Of a stretch of DNA of 53,111 nt, positions 1-8,717 are shown piece after piece; within the stretch, counting starts at the first letter, position 1; every line of letters begins with the position of its first letter. The stretch is taken from assembly GCA_964479375.1 (NCBI GenBank), contig CAYZKD010000004.1, positions 1 through 53,111 of the forward strand, in the 5' to 3' direction. The DNA comes from an uncultured Candidatus Saccharibacteria bacterium. GTDB lineage: Bacteria; Patescibacteriota; Minisyncoccia; Minisyncoccales; GWA2-38-27. Both the position numbers and the translations under genes were made by a program. The notes below the pieces were generated by a model that did not search any database, had not been told where the DNA came from, and worked only from the letters and a program-made list of their open reading frames with translations.

Positions 1-273
1 GGCCTGGCTCTGGTCGAGAAGGACGGAGAGCGGTTCCATATCCGTGCCGACGGCACCCCTGCCTACGAGCAGAGGTACGACCATGTCGGTCCCTTCTCCG
101 AAGGCCTGGCTCTGGTCGAAAAGGACGGAGAGCGGTTCCACATCCGTGCCGACGGCAGTCCTGCTTACGAGCAGAGGTACGACTATGCCGGTTCCTTCTC
201 AGAAGGCCTGGCTCTGGTCGAAAAGGACGGAAAGTGGTTCCACATCCGTCCCGACGGCACCAGGGTGGACTGA
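1..273 (+). CDS. WG-repeat (KWG-type) protein, C-terminal fragment; 5' end lies outside the window
   Basis: Frame 1 is open from nt 1 to TGA 271-273. It translates to GLALVEKDGERFHIRADGTPAYEQRYDHVGPFSE-type 34-aa units, 2.7 copies. It is absent from the ORF track because no start codon lies in the window. Confidence 0.6.
   Translation, partial: GLALVEKDGERFHIRADGTPAYEQRYDHVGPFSEGLALVEKDGERFHIRADGSPAYEQRYDYAGSFSEGLALVEKDGKWFHIRPDGTRVD
1..273. repeat. 102-bp tandem coding repeat, 2.7 copies (1-102, 103-204, 205-273)
   Basis: Copies start with the identical GGCCTGGCTCTGGTCGA and differ at scattered positions. Confidence 0.85.
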
Positions 274-279
274 CACCAA

Positions 280-316
280 AGCCCTCTTAATCTGAAAGGT
301 TAGGAGGGCTCTTTTT
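280..316 (+). terminator. Rho-independent terminator
   Basis: AGCCCTC (280-286) pairs with GAGGGCT (304-310) and is followed by CTTTTT. Confidence 0.7.
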
Positions 317-333
317 ATGCCGAATAGGTTCTA

Positions 334-370
334 GCGTCGCCTGCTCCCACATTTTTTGGATACTATCGTA
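334..370. repeat. Partial copy of the GTGGGAGG-hairpin repeat core plus GGATACTATC flank
   Basis: GCGTCGCCTGCTCCCACATTTTTTGGATACTATCGTATA resembles 26530-26565 (CCCGTCCTCCCACATTTTTCCGGATACTATCATATG). Confidence 0.45.
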
Positions 371-503
371 TAAATTAGTACTTTGGCTTGACTCTGGGTT
401 ATAATGATGATGTAATAAGTTATTCTTTCAAGGTGGAAGAATCCCGGTCCTCGGGTAGAGGAAAAATTCGAATTTCGGGCTTTTAGCCTGAAAGGAGAAA
501 ATC

Positions 504-1406
504 ATGGGACGAGTAACGAGTAAGTACGCAGACTGGACAAGAGGACAGGTTGAGGCGCTCATTAACATCATAGGAGAAGAGGATGCAAGAAAGTTGCTGG
601 CCGGCGACATCTCGGCTGATTTCAAAAAGATCGCCCAGAATCTCTTTGACAAACACGGTCGCCGGATTCCCGAAGGCCTGCGGGCCGACGCTTGTGACGC
701 TAACCGGGGATTCCGGCCGTGTCAGCCCGTGCTGAAGACAAAAACAAACTTTGCCAACCGCATCTTGCGGTTGCATGAGTGTCTGAGCACTGACACTGAA
801 GTCACTGCCGAACAGTTAAGGACGGAAACCGAGCGTTTGCTGGTGATCATCGAGAGCAACCCCCAGATTGCTAACATCGCCAACAGCGTCTATCTGCCGG
901 TTGTTCTGCCCGAACTCGTCAACGATGATCTTGGAGCCGAGCTGGAGCTGTATCTGGCAGGCGTTGCCAAGAGTTACGCTAGGACTTTTGGTGATCGGAG
1001 ATTTTATAATCATTGCAAAGGCATCTTGGCGAATAAAGTTAGCATTGTTAACGGAAGCCGGCACGAGCGGCTTATCGCTCGGATGAAGAAGAGGCCTGTT
1101 ATCGGGCTTCACTTCCCGAATCCTCTGCAGGGCTTTTCCGTTAACGCCAGCAGGGAGCAGATGTCAACACTGCCGGAAGGATTTATCCTCTCCGGCATAG
1201 ATACCCTCGTCGCTATGGCGATGTATCCCGACGTCCTGGCACGCAACATGGAGACTCCGATTTTGGACTTAGCCGCTTTGCAATGGCAGTCCGTCGACTA
1301 TTCGTTCTCCTTCGGGACCAGCGACGTTTTGCTCTTCTTCGCCCACATGGCCGGCATGGGCGTCGCCCAAGGCTACCTCTCTGGCGGTCTCTTGTTCCTC
1401 GGGTAG
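504..1406 (+). CDS. Hypothetical protein (300 aa), no family recognised
   Basis: Long ORF in a visibly GC-richer segment. AAGGAG lies 7 nt upstream of the ATG and its own terminator follows downstream. Confidence 0.6.
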   Translation: MGRVTSKYADWTRGQVEALINIIGEEDARKLLAGDISADFKKIAQNLFDKHGRRIPEGLRADACDANRGFRPCQPVLKTKTNFANRILRLHECLSTDTEVTAEQLRTETERLLVIIESNPQIANIANSVYLPVVLPELVNDDLGAELELYLAGVAKSYARTFGDRRFYNHCKGILANKVSIVNGSRHERLIARMKKRPVIGLHFPNPLQGFSVNASREQMSTLPEGFILSGIDTLVAMAMYPDVLARNMETPILDLAALQWQSVDYSFSFGTSDVLLFFAHMAGMGVAQGYLSGGLLFLG

Positions 1407-1460
1407 TGCCGGGCTCTGGCTCTTTGCCTCCTTGCTCCCCAGCGAATTTTTCAAAATACC

Positions 1461-1491
1461 GAGGCGTAACAAATGTTGCGCCTCTTTTTTT
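1461..1491 (+). terminator. Rho-independent terminator
   Basis: GAGGCG...CGCCTC hairpin followed by a T7 run. Confidence 0.7.
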
Positions 1492-1569
1492 AATATGAAA
1501 AGAATAAGGGTTTTTCGTTTGAAAAAAGGGTTTTTAAGGGGTAAGGTGAAGTATAAGGAATAATTTTTA

Positions 1570-2697
1570 ATGGAACCTTTAGCCTCAAAAATTAGGCCCA
1601 AAACCTTGGAAGGTTTTGTGGGACAAGAGCATCTGGCAGGGAAAGGGAAACCTCTTAATGTTGCTATTGAGCAGAAACACTTGTTTTCTTTTATTCTCTG
1701 GGGTCCTCCCGGATCCGGAAAGACCACTTTGGCTAAGATATACGCCAGCGGTTTGGATGCTGAATTATACGAGCTGTCTGCGGTTTCTGCCGGGAAGTCA
1801 GACATCAAGAAAATATTAAATGAAGACACAGAAGGGTCTCCTAAAATCTTGTTCTTGGACGAAATTCACCGCTTTAACAAGTCCCAGCAGGACTTTCTGC
1901 TCCCTTACGTGGAGAAGGGGGATATAACGCTGATCGGGGCTACAACGGAAAACCCGAGTTTTGAAGTAATCTCGCCCCTGCTTTCCAGGTGCAGGGTTTT
2001 TGTTCTGAACGAACTTTCAGAAGAAAACATGAGAGACATTGTTAAAAGAACCGGCTTTAAAATGGACGAGGAGGCAGAGGGCTGGCTCGTTAACATGGCA
2101 AACGGGGACGCCAGGCAGGCGATCACAATGCTTGAGAATACAAGCAAGCTTTACAAAAAGATAACAGTGGAGAATTTGAAGAACACTCTCCAATCAAAGT
2201 TTTTAAGATACGACAAGGCAGGGGAGGAGCACTACAACATTATCTCAGCTTTCATTAAAAGCATGAGAGCAAGCCAGGCAGACGCCGCCCTTTATTATCT
2301 GGCCAGAATGATTGAGGCAGGTGAAGACCCCAAGTTTATAGCCAGAAGAATGGTTATTTTCGCTTCAGAGGATATAGGGCTGGCCCATCCTACGGCCCTA
2401 GTAGTGGCCAATGACGTATTCCGGGCAGTGGAAACAATAGGGCTGCCAGAGTGCGGGATTAATCTGGCCCACGGGGTTGCTTATTTGTGCGGTTGCAAAA
2501 AAGACAGAAGGGCTTACGAGGCGTATATGAAGGCCGCAGAGGATGCAAAAAAGCACGGGAACCTTCCCGTACCCTTAAAATTAAGAAACCCGGAGACAAA
2601 ACTTATGAGAGAAATGGATTACGGCAAAGGATACGAGAAATATTCCAAAGAGTCCTTTTTGCCCAAAGAACTAAAGAACAAAAAATATCTTAAATAA
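1570..2697 (+). CDS. rarA: Replication-associated recombination protein A (AAA+ ATPase, RarA/MgsA family)
   Basis: N-terminus LASKIRPKTLEGFVGQEHL, Walker A GPPGSGKTT, and FLDEIHRFNK. Confidence 0.9.
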   Translation: MEPLASKIRPKTLEGFVGQEHLAGKGKPLNVAIEQKHLFSFILWGPPGSGKTTLAKIYASGLDAELYELSAVSAGKSDIKKILNEDTEGSPKILFLDEIHRFNKSQQDFLLPYVEKGDITLIGATTENPSFEVISPLLSRCRVFVLNELSEENMRDIVKRTGFKMDEEAEGWLVNMANGDARQAITMLENTSKLYKKITVENLKNTLQSKFLRYDKAGEEHYNIISAFIKSMRASQADAALYYLARMIEAGEDPKFIARRMVIFASEDIGLAHPTALVVANDVFRAVETIGLPECGINLAHGVAYLCGCKKDRRAYEAYMKAAEDAKKHGNLPVPLKLRNPETKLMREMDYGKGYEKYSKESFLPKELKNKKYLK

Positions 2698-2722
2698 AGG
2701 CCGTTTTAATCAATAGAAAAAT

Positions 2723-2917
2723 ATGAAATTTTCTCTTAACTCGAAAATTCAAAAAATGGACTGGCTGGACATGGGGCTGGTTAAGTTCAGCTGCATAGTT
2801 TTTGGGATTATTCTTGCCGCATTGCTTCCGGAACTGCGAGAGATAAATCTTTGGTGGTTGCTATTGGCAGTTCTTGTTTTGGCGATAAGGCCTCTTTACA
2901 GAGTTTATCTCCGATAG
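2723..2917 (+). CDS. Small membrane protein, hypothetical
   Basis: 64-aa ORF with two hydrophobic segments. Confidence 0.4.
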   Translation: MKFSLNSKIQKMDWLDMGLVKFSCIVFGIILAALLPELREINLWWLLLAVLVLAIRPLYRVYLR

Positions 2918-3097
2918 GGTTGATTTTTCTTTGGCTTTTCTTTTTCTAGAAAAAGAGTTGGTCTGGGAACAGGCCCTTGAGAATCAGAGAGAAGAGAGTG
3001 ACAGAGAACCCAGAAGACGCTGATTTTGCGGTGGCTTTCGTTTTCGGCATCAGTCTGCCATTTTATTGCTGGCTAAACTGAAAAAGATAGGAGAAAA

Positions 3098-3235
3098 ATG
3101 AGAATAAAAAAGATATTCTCAATTGGAAAAAGAGCGTGCTTTGACGTTTTTCTTGCTATTTTAGGAATTATTATCCCGGCAATCTTTTTTGTGAGTCTTG
3201 TCGTCGGCTTAATCGACGGGTGTCAGGGACAATAA
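3098..3235 (+). CDS. Small hydrophobic protein (45 aa), hypothetical
   Basis: ATG is preceded by AGGAG. It reads MRIKKIFSIGKRACFDVFLAILGIIIPAIFFVSLVVGLIDGCQGQ and a hairpin plus T-run follows. It is too short for the ORF track. Confidence 0.3.
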   Translation: MRIKKIFSIGKRACFDVFLAILGIIIPAIFFVSLVVGLIDGCQGQ

Positions 3236-3295
3236 AAAAGCCCTTTTTAAAAGAAAGGCTTTTTTATTCTTTTAAGATGTTATAGAATCTTAATA

Positions 3296-4087
3296 ATGGC
3301 AGAATATATTATTTCCGGGATTATTCAGGGAATTACAGAGTGGCTTCCCGTGAGCTCTGAGGGAATGCTTGTTTTAATTAAGGCAAACTTTTTTAATAAA
3401 AATTTTGAGATAGGAGAGGCAATTCAGTACGCCCTTTTCCTGCATCTGGGGACTTTCTTTTCAGCCCTTATTTACTTCAGGAAAGAAGTAATAAGGATTA
3501 TCAAGGATATTTTTAGGTATAAAAATATTTCCAAAGATAAGAAAAACCTTATCTGGTTTTATCTCCTTGTTACTGTATTCAGCGGAATAGTCGCCCTTTC
3601 TATCTTAAAAGTTTTAGAAGTGGCACTGGGAAATTTTAAGGTTACAGGAAAACTTGTTACTTTGGGCATCGGAGTTCTTTTGATTTTGACGGCGCTTATC
3701 CAGTTCAAGAAAAGAGTCGGGCTTAGAACAGAAAAAGAGATTACCAAAAAAGACGGGGTTTTACTGGGAATAATACAGGGGTTTTCTATTCTGCCCGGAT
3801 TGTCCAGATCAGGGCTTACTGTGGCAGGACTTCTTCTTAGAAGGTTTCAAGATACAGACGCTTTAAAATTAAGCTTTATTATGAGTTTGCCCGTGGTGCT
3901 GGGGGGTAACATAGTTCTTAATCTGGACCGAATGGTGTTTGATTTTAATTCTTTGATGGGTTTTTCTGTTTCCTTTTTTCTTGGCATTATTACAATTCAT
4001 TTTTTGATGAAACTGACAAAGAAAGTAAATTTTGCATGGTTTGTTTTGCTTTTTGCCCTAATAACTATAATTTCAGTTTTTATTTAA
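3296..4087 (+). CDS. uppP: Undecaprenyl-diphosphate phosphatase
   Basis: GIIQGITEWLPVSSEGML N-terminus, polytopic membrane protein, and LPGLSRSG motif. Confidence 0.9.
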   Translation: MAEYIISGIIQGITEWLPVSSEGMLVLIKANFFNKNFEIGEAIQYALFLHLGTFFSALIYFRKEVIRIIKDIFRYKNISKDKKNLIWFYLLVTVFSGIVALSILKVLEVALGNFKVTGKLVTLGIGVLLILTALIQFKKRVGLRTEKEITKKDGVLLGIIQGFSILPGLSRSGLTVAGLLLRRFQDTDALKLSFIMSLPVVLGGNIVLNLDRMVFDFNSLMGFSVSFFLGIITIHFLMKLTKKVNFAWFVLLFALITIISVFI

Positions 4088-4148
4088 TTGACAAAACTAA
4101 TTTAGGGATTAAGATGCCGTTGTACCTTAAAAAGAAAGGAAAAAGAGA

Positions 4149-4562
4149 ATGGACAGACAGCAAAGGATGGAAGAGGTTTCTTCAAGAGAGCATTTTCACT
4201 GCTTTGCTTGCGGGGACTCAGGACAGGGGTTGGATCTTAAATTTCAGGCTCTAGAGAACGGCGGCGTGGAAGCGGTTTTTAACTGCTCCAGCGCTTATCA
4301 GGGTTATGACGGAATAATCCAGGGCGGAATAGTGGTCTGCCTTATGGATGCTGCTATGGCAAACTGCCTCTTTTCCTATAACCACCGCGTTCTCACAGGA
4401 AAACTGAAGGTTCGCTTTAAGCGCCCTCTTTTAATACGGAGAAAAGCCGTAGTGGGAGCTGAGATAAAAAAGAAGCGGCCTCCTTTGTTTGTGGTAAAAG
4501 CCTGGATTATCCAGGATGATGTTGTTAAAGCCCAAGCCGAGGGCGAGTTCTTAGAGAAATAA
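4149..4562 (+). CDS. PaaI-family hotdog-fold thioesterase
   Basis: HCFACG...GLDLKF N-terminal signature and GGIVVCLMDAAM core. Confidence 0.75.
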   Translation: MDRQQRMEEVSSREHFHCFACGDSGQGLDLKFQALENGGVEAVFNCSSAYQGYDGIIQGGIVVCLMDAAMANCLFSYNHRVLTGKLKVRFKRPLLIRRKAVVGAEIKKKRPPLFVVKAWIIQDDVVKAQAEGEFLEK

Positions 4563-4587
4563 AGCCCGCATTATGCGGGCTTTTTTT
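4561..4587 (+). terminator. Rho-independent terminator
   Basis: AAAGCCCGCATTATGCGGGCTTTTTTT. Confidence 0.85.
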
Positions 4588-4591
4588 GTTC

Positions 4592-4767
4592 AAGCCATGA
4601 AATATAATAGATAGCTGATTAATTGTCTTTTTTCTTAAATACTCTTGCCATTTTTCAGTAAAATGTGGGAGGACGGGCCTCCCACAATCTGACTGATTTT
4701 AGCCAATCATTAACTGATTCATTTTGCAATATAATTCAATGATTTATACTGTAAAGCGTGCCATGGG
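4592..4767. repeat. Intergenic repeat family R1, copy A (~175 bp)
   Basis: Roughly 85-90% identical by eye to 9707-9879. It contains the hairpin GTGGGAGG-acggg-CCTCCCAC (4665-4685). Confidence 0.85.
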
Positions 4768-4820
4768 GATGCTTTTTATTTGTAAATAAATGCTTTTTTT
4801 GTAAACTAAAGAGTAAAGAT

Positions 4821-5198
4821 ATGACTATTGAAGAATTTGAAAAAGTAGTGGCCAAAGCGGTTGAGAGTATCCCGGAGAGATTTTTGAAGAAATTGGAAAA
4901 TGTAGAGATTTGTGTTGAGGAAAATCCTACTTCGGAGCAACAGAGGAATCTGGGAAAAAACTCTTTAATATTCGGTCTCTACCAAGGAGTGCCCAAGACC
5001 AAAAGATGGCATTACGGACAGGTTCTTCCTGACAAGATAACTGTCTTCAAAGAACCCATTGAAAGGATTTGCCTTACCAGAAAGGAAGTGGAAGAAAAAA
5101 TAAAAAATGTTGTTTGGCACGAAATAGCCCATCATTTTGGCATGGGAGAGGACAGGGTGAGGAAAGCTGAAAAGAGAAGGGTTGACGAGAGTTGCTAA
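4821..5198 (+). CDS. Small zinc metallopeptidase-like protein (HExxH; Zincin_1/DUF1025-like)
   Basis: Contains VWHEIAHHFGMGED. I chose the ATG at 4821 because the GTG start at 4758 would lie inside repeat R1. Confidence 0.7.
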   Translation: MTIEEFEKVVAKAVESIPERFLKKLENVEICVEENPTSEQQRNLGKNSLIFGLYQGVPKTKRWHYGQVLPDKITVFKEPIERICLTRKEVEEKIKNVVWHEIAHHFGMGEDRVRKAEKRRVDESC

Positions 5199-5260
5199 AT
5201 ATGCCATCATTTTAATAGTGTTAATCTTGCTTTGTCCTTTCTAAACTTAGGAGAAGAAGA

Positions 5261-5560
5261 ATGTCCAGACAATCTAGCAGGTTCCAGGCCGTGAACAGCG
5301 GGCGGGGTCCGCGGTGCGCCATTGACGGACAGTGCTTTGACGCAGGCGGCATCTGCAATCGCGGCCACGGACAGGGAGAGATCTATTCGATCCCTATTAC
5401 CGTAGTTGAGAAAACAGATGTTCCCGAAAAAGTGGAGGTCGTCTGCGAGCCCTTTGCGAATCGCTGCAGCCTCTGCGGCGCTTTCTTCGACGAAGATGGT
5501 GATGTTTGCGGAGGACCGGCTCGGCACATTATCGGGCAGAAGTATTCAGTCCGGGGTTGA
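5261..5560 (+). CDS. Cys-rich small protein (99 aa), hypothetical
   Basis: GC-rich islet with AGGAG upstream of the ATG and a terminator directly downstream. CxxC...C...H pattern near the C-terminus. Confidence 0.5.
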   Translation: MSRQSSRFQAVNSGRGPRCAIDGQCFDAGGICNRGHGQGEIYSIPITVVEKTDVPEKVEVVCEPFANRCSLCGAFFDEDGDVCGGPARHIIGQKYSVRG

Positions 5561-5569
5561 TCTTTCCCA

Positions 5570-5602
5570 AGCCCTCCCGTAAATCTAAGGGGGGCTTTTT
5601 TT
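5570..5602 (+). terminator. Rho-independent terminator
   Basis: AGCCCTCC...GGGGGGCT followed by T7. It resembles the terminator at 280-316, including the trailing ATGCYGAA. Confidence 0.75.
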
Positions 5603-5663
5603 ATGCTGAAACCATTTGCGTTTGCAAAAACTATGGGTTAGAATATAAGATAAATTAAGAAAT

Positions 5664-6944
5664 ATGGTTAAAAAGAAGAAAACTACTCAGAAAAAGAAAA
5701 GGGTTCCCGGAAAAACGGAAGACAATGTTCCCAAGCCCAAGATTAAAATCATTGGAATCGGCGGCGGCGGGGGAACAATTGTTTCGGAGATTGCTTCCAG
5801 AGTAAAAAAGGCAAACTTTGTAGTAGCCAATACAGACACCCAGTCTCTTAAAAGGGCGAGCAGGAAAGCGAAGAAGTTTCCTTTCGGCAAAGAGTTGACT
5901 CAGGGCTTGGGGACGGGTATGGATATTGAGGTTGCTTCAGCCGCAGCAGAGAATTCCAAAGAGAAGATAAAAAAGATGATGGAGGGGCAGGATCTGTGTA
6001 TTCTTGTTGCTTCTTTGGGCGGGGGGACAGGATCTGGAGCAAGCCCCTTGTTTGCCAAGATTTCCAGGAGTTTAGGCAATCTTACCTACGGCATTTTTAC
6101 TCTTCCTTTCGAATTTGAGGGAAAGAAAAAGGCGGAAATTGCCAAGGAAGCACTAAAGAAGATAACGCCCAATGTCAATGCCTATACCGTCTTTCCCAAC
6201 GAAAGAATTTTTCAGATTATTGATAAGAATAACCCCTTGAGCGCGGCTCTTTCTGCTATTAACGAGAAGATGGGAAACAACCTAGAGGGCCTGATCGAAA
6301 TGATTTATCTGCCTGCTCTGATAAATATCGATTTTGCGGATCTTAGAACTATTTTTAAGGGCAGGGGAAGGCTGGCTTATTTAAATACAGTAGATATTGA
6401 GGGGCCCGAAAAAGAGGAAGTGGTCAGGAAAATAGTTTCCAGCCCGCTTTATCCCTATACTATCAGGGGAGCAAAAAGCATTTTATACAATATTTCGGGA
6501 AGCAAGGAACTTCAGTTAGATCAGGTGGCCCACCTTTCCAAAATAATTAACGAAGCAGTAAACAGAAAAGCAAAGATTATTTTTGGGGTAAGCCAGAATA
6601 ATAAACTAAGAAGCGATATCAGATTGACCCTGCTTGCCCTGGGCTGTTCTGCTAAAGAGTTTCTTCCTGTTGATAAAGATGTGGAGCAGCCTAAAATCGT
6701 AAAGAAAAAGAAAACAGTCCCTGTCAATAAAAAAAAGAAGGCTCCCAATTCTCCCAAACTAAAAAAGACAGCAATCCAAAAAAAGAAATTAATTAAGGAA
6801 ACGGGGGAAGAGCTGAAGAAGAAAAAAAGAAAGACCGGGGTCCAGGTAAAAAAAGAGGAAGAGAAGGCAGAAAAAGAGCTTTTACAGAGAGAAGAAATAT
6901 GGGAGGTTCCTGCTATTTTAAGAAAAAGGGATAAAAACCTTTAA
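5664..6944 (+). CDS. ftsZ: Cell division protein FtsZ with Lys-rich N- and C-terminal extensions
   Basis: IGIGGGGG, NTDTQSL and GGGTGSGASP tubulin signature. Confidence 0.9.
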   Translation: MVKKKKTTQKKKRVPGKTEDNVPKPKIKIIGIGGGGGTIVSEIASRVKKANFVVANTDTQSLKRASRKAKKFPFGKELTQGLGTGMDIEVASAAAENSKEKIKKMMEGQDLCILVASLGGGTGSGASPLFAKISRSLGNLTYGIFTLPFEFEGKKKAEIAKEALKKITPNVNAYTVFPNERIFQIIDKNNPLSAALSAINEKMGNNLEGLIEMIYLPALINIDFADLRTIFKGRGRLAYLNTVDIEGPEKEEVVRKIVSSPLYPYTIRGAKSILYNISGSKELQLDQVAHLSKIINEAVNRKAKIIFGVSQNNKLRSDIRLTLLALGCSAKEFLPVDKDVEQPKIVKKKKTVPVNKKKKAPNSPKLKKTAIQKKKLIKETGEELKKKKRKTGVQVKKEEEKAEKELLQREEIWEVPAILRKRDKNL

Positions 6945-6950
6945 TAATTT

Positions 6951-7823
6951 ATGGAGATCAAAAAAGCAATTATTCCTTTAGCCGGCATGGGAACCCGCTT
7001 TCTTCCTTTGTCAAAAGTAGTCCCCAAAGAGTTATGGCCTCTGGCCGGCAGGCCGGTAGTGGAGAGAATTATCAGAGAGGCCAAAGACTCGGGCATAAGC
7101 CAAATAATTTTTGTAGTAAGTCCGGAAAATAAAAAAATACTCGAATACTTAAAGCCTTCTGCCAAAATAGAAGGGATCTTGAGAGAGAAGAAGAGAGAAA
7201 AACTTTTAAAAGAATACAAAGAATTCGAGCAATTCGTTAAAGATCTTTCTTTTTCTTATGTTATTCAGAAGACCCCAAAAGGAGACGGGCATGCCATTTT
7301 ACAGGCAGCGAAAGAGGCGGGAAAAGAACCCGTGGCCTGCCTTTTTGCAGATGATATTGTAGACTCGAAGACTCCTTGTCTTGCTCAGTTGAAGAAGACA
7401 TTTAGTACTTGCCAAAAGCCCGTACTCTCCCTCTATTCTGTCTCAGGGCAGAGGATTTCTTCTTACGGTGCGGTCGGGGTGGAAAAAATAGCCAATCGAT
7501 ACTATAAGATAAAAGAGATCGTTGAAAAACCCTCCCCTGAAGAGGCTCCTTCTAATTTTGCCACGATCGGAAAGTATATTCTGACTCCGGAGGTTTTTAA
7601 ATACCTTAAGGAAACAAAGCCCAATGCCAAAAAAGAAATAATTTTGGCTGAGGCTCTTTCTGCTATGTTAAAAGACGGCAAGATGATTTATGGATATGAA
7701 ATAGAGGGCAGATGGCTGGAGTGCGGAGATAAAGCATCCTGGATGAAATCAAACCTCTATTTTTCTTTAAGGGATCCGGAATTGGGCCCTGAGATGAAGG
7801 AGTTTTTAAAAGATATCAAATGA
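6951..7823 (+). CDS. galU: UTP--glucose-1-phosphate uridylyltransferase
   Basis: KAIIPLAGMGTRFLPLSKVVPKEL and a VEKP motif. Confidence 0.85.
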   Translation: MEIKKAIIPLAGMGTRFLPLSKVVPKELWPLAGRPVVERIIREAKDSGISQIIFVVSPENKKILEYLKPSAKIEGILREKKREKLLKEYKEFEQFVKDLSFSYVIQKTPKGDGHAILQAAKEAGKEPVACLFADDIVDSKTPCLAQLKKTFSTCQKPVLSLYSVSGQRISSYGAVGVEKIANRYYKIKEIVEKPSPEEAPSNFATIGKYILTPEVFKYLKETKPNAKKEIILAEALSAMLKDGKMIYGYEIEGRWLECGDKASWMKSNLYFSLRDPELGPEMKEFLKDIK

Positions 7824-8683
7824 AGAAGACAGACAAGAAGATTCTAAAGAAAATCTATAAACCCAAGCCCAAAACTGCCAGGAAGTATGACGCGGGATTT
7901 TTGCTTGTTATCGGCGGGTCTGAATTTTACAGCGGTCCTCCCGCCCTTTCTGCTCTGGCAGCGTTCAGATCAGGGGTGGATATGGTTAATATTGTGGCTC
8001 CGGAGAGAGCTGCCAATATTATTGCTTCTTTTGCTCCGGATTTAGCAGTCTATCCTCTTATTGGAAAGCACCTTGTAAAGAAACATTTAAGCACCTTGTT
8101 TTCTATGAGCAAGTCGGCCGAGGCTGTGGCAGAAAACAGGGTTGCCATAGTAGTAGGAGGGGGCATGGGGAGATCTAAAGAAACGCAACAAGTAATATTG
8201 GATTTTCTGGCAGAGACTGCTTTGCCTGCCGTTATTGATGCCGATGCTATTCATGCTGTGTCAAAGAATAAAGAGGTTATTTACAGAAAGCCCTTTCTGA
8301 TTACTCCTCATTCTCATGAATTTTATATTCTTACAGGAAGAGAGGTTGAGGGTTTTTCTGATAAAGAAAGAGAGAGTGTCGTTAAAGAGGAGGCCCAGAA
8401 ACTTAAGACCACCATTCTTTTAAAAGGAGATACAGATATAATATCAGACGGGAAAGAGACATGCTTTTCAAAAGCGGGGTCTTCCTGTATGACGGTGGGA
8501 GGAACGGGAGATGTGTTGGCGGGAATAGCCGGCGCTCTTCTGGCTCGCGGCTTGAGTCCCCTGGAGGCTGGCAGGGCTGCTGCCTTGATAAACGGACTGG
8601 CAGGAAAAATAGGAGAAAAAACATTCGGAGAGTCTTTAATGTCTAGCGATCTTTTAGATATTATTCCTCGGGTTATAAAATAA
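7820..8683 (+). CDS. nnrD: NAD(P)H-hydrate dehydratase (YjeF C-terminal-type carbohydrate kinase fold)
   Basis: GGSEFYSGPPALSALAA and GGTGDVLAGIAGALLA. ATGA overlap with galU. Confidence 0.8.
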   Translation: MKKTDKKILKKIYKPKPKTARKYDAGFLLVIGGSEFYSGPPALSALAAFRSGVDMVNIVAPERAANIIASFAPDLAVYPLIGKHLVKKHLSTLFSMSKSAEAVAENRVAIVVGGGMGRSKETQQVILDFLAETALPAVIDADAIHAVSKNKEVIYRKPFLITPHSHEFYILTGREVEGFSDKERESVVKEEAQKLKTTILLKGDTDIISDGKETCFSKAGSSCMTVGGTGDVLAGIAGALLARGLSPLEAGRAAALINGLAGKIGEKTFGESLMSSDLLDIIPRVIK

Positions 8684-8717
8684 CAGCCAATCAAGGAAAA
8701 AATACTTGGCTGGCAGG

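Noticed and set aside
1-273. Possible CRISPR array or DGR template/variable repeat pair
   Set aside because: The 102-bp units are contiguous with no spacers and are coding. Differences between copies are not adenine-specific, and no reverse transcriptase or cas gene is in the window.
44-295. Track ORF of 83 aa overlapping the WG repeats
   Set aside because: It is out of frame with the clean 34-aa WG-repeat translation in frame 1, and its repetitive sequence is a by-product of the DNA repeat.
5207-5527. Minus-strand 106-aa ORF in the GC-rich islet
   Set aside because: The plus-strand ORF has an SD, an ATG and a terminator, while the minus-strand ORF has none. Long antisense ORFs are expected in GC-rich DNA.
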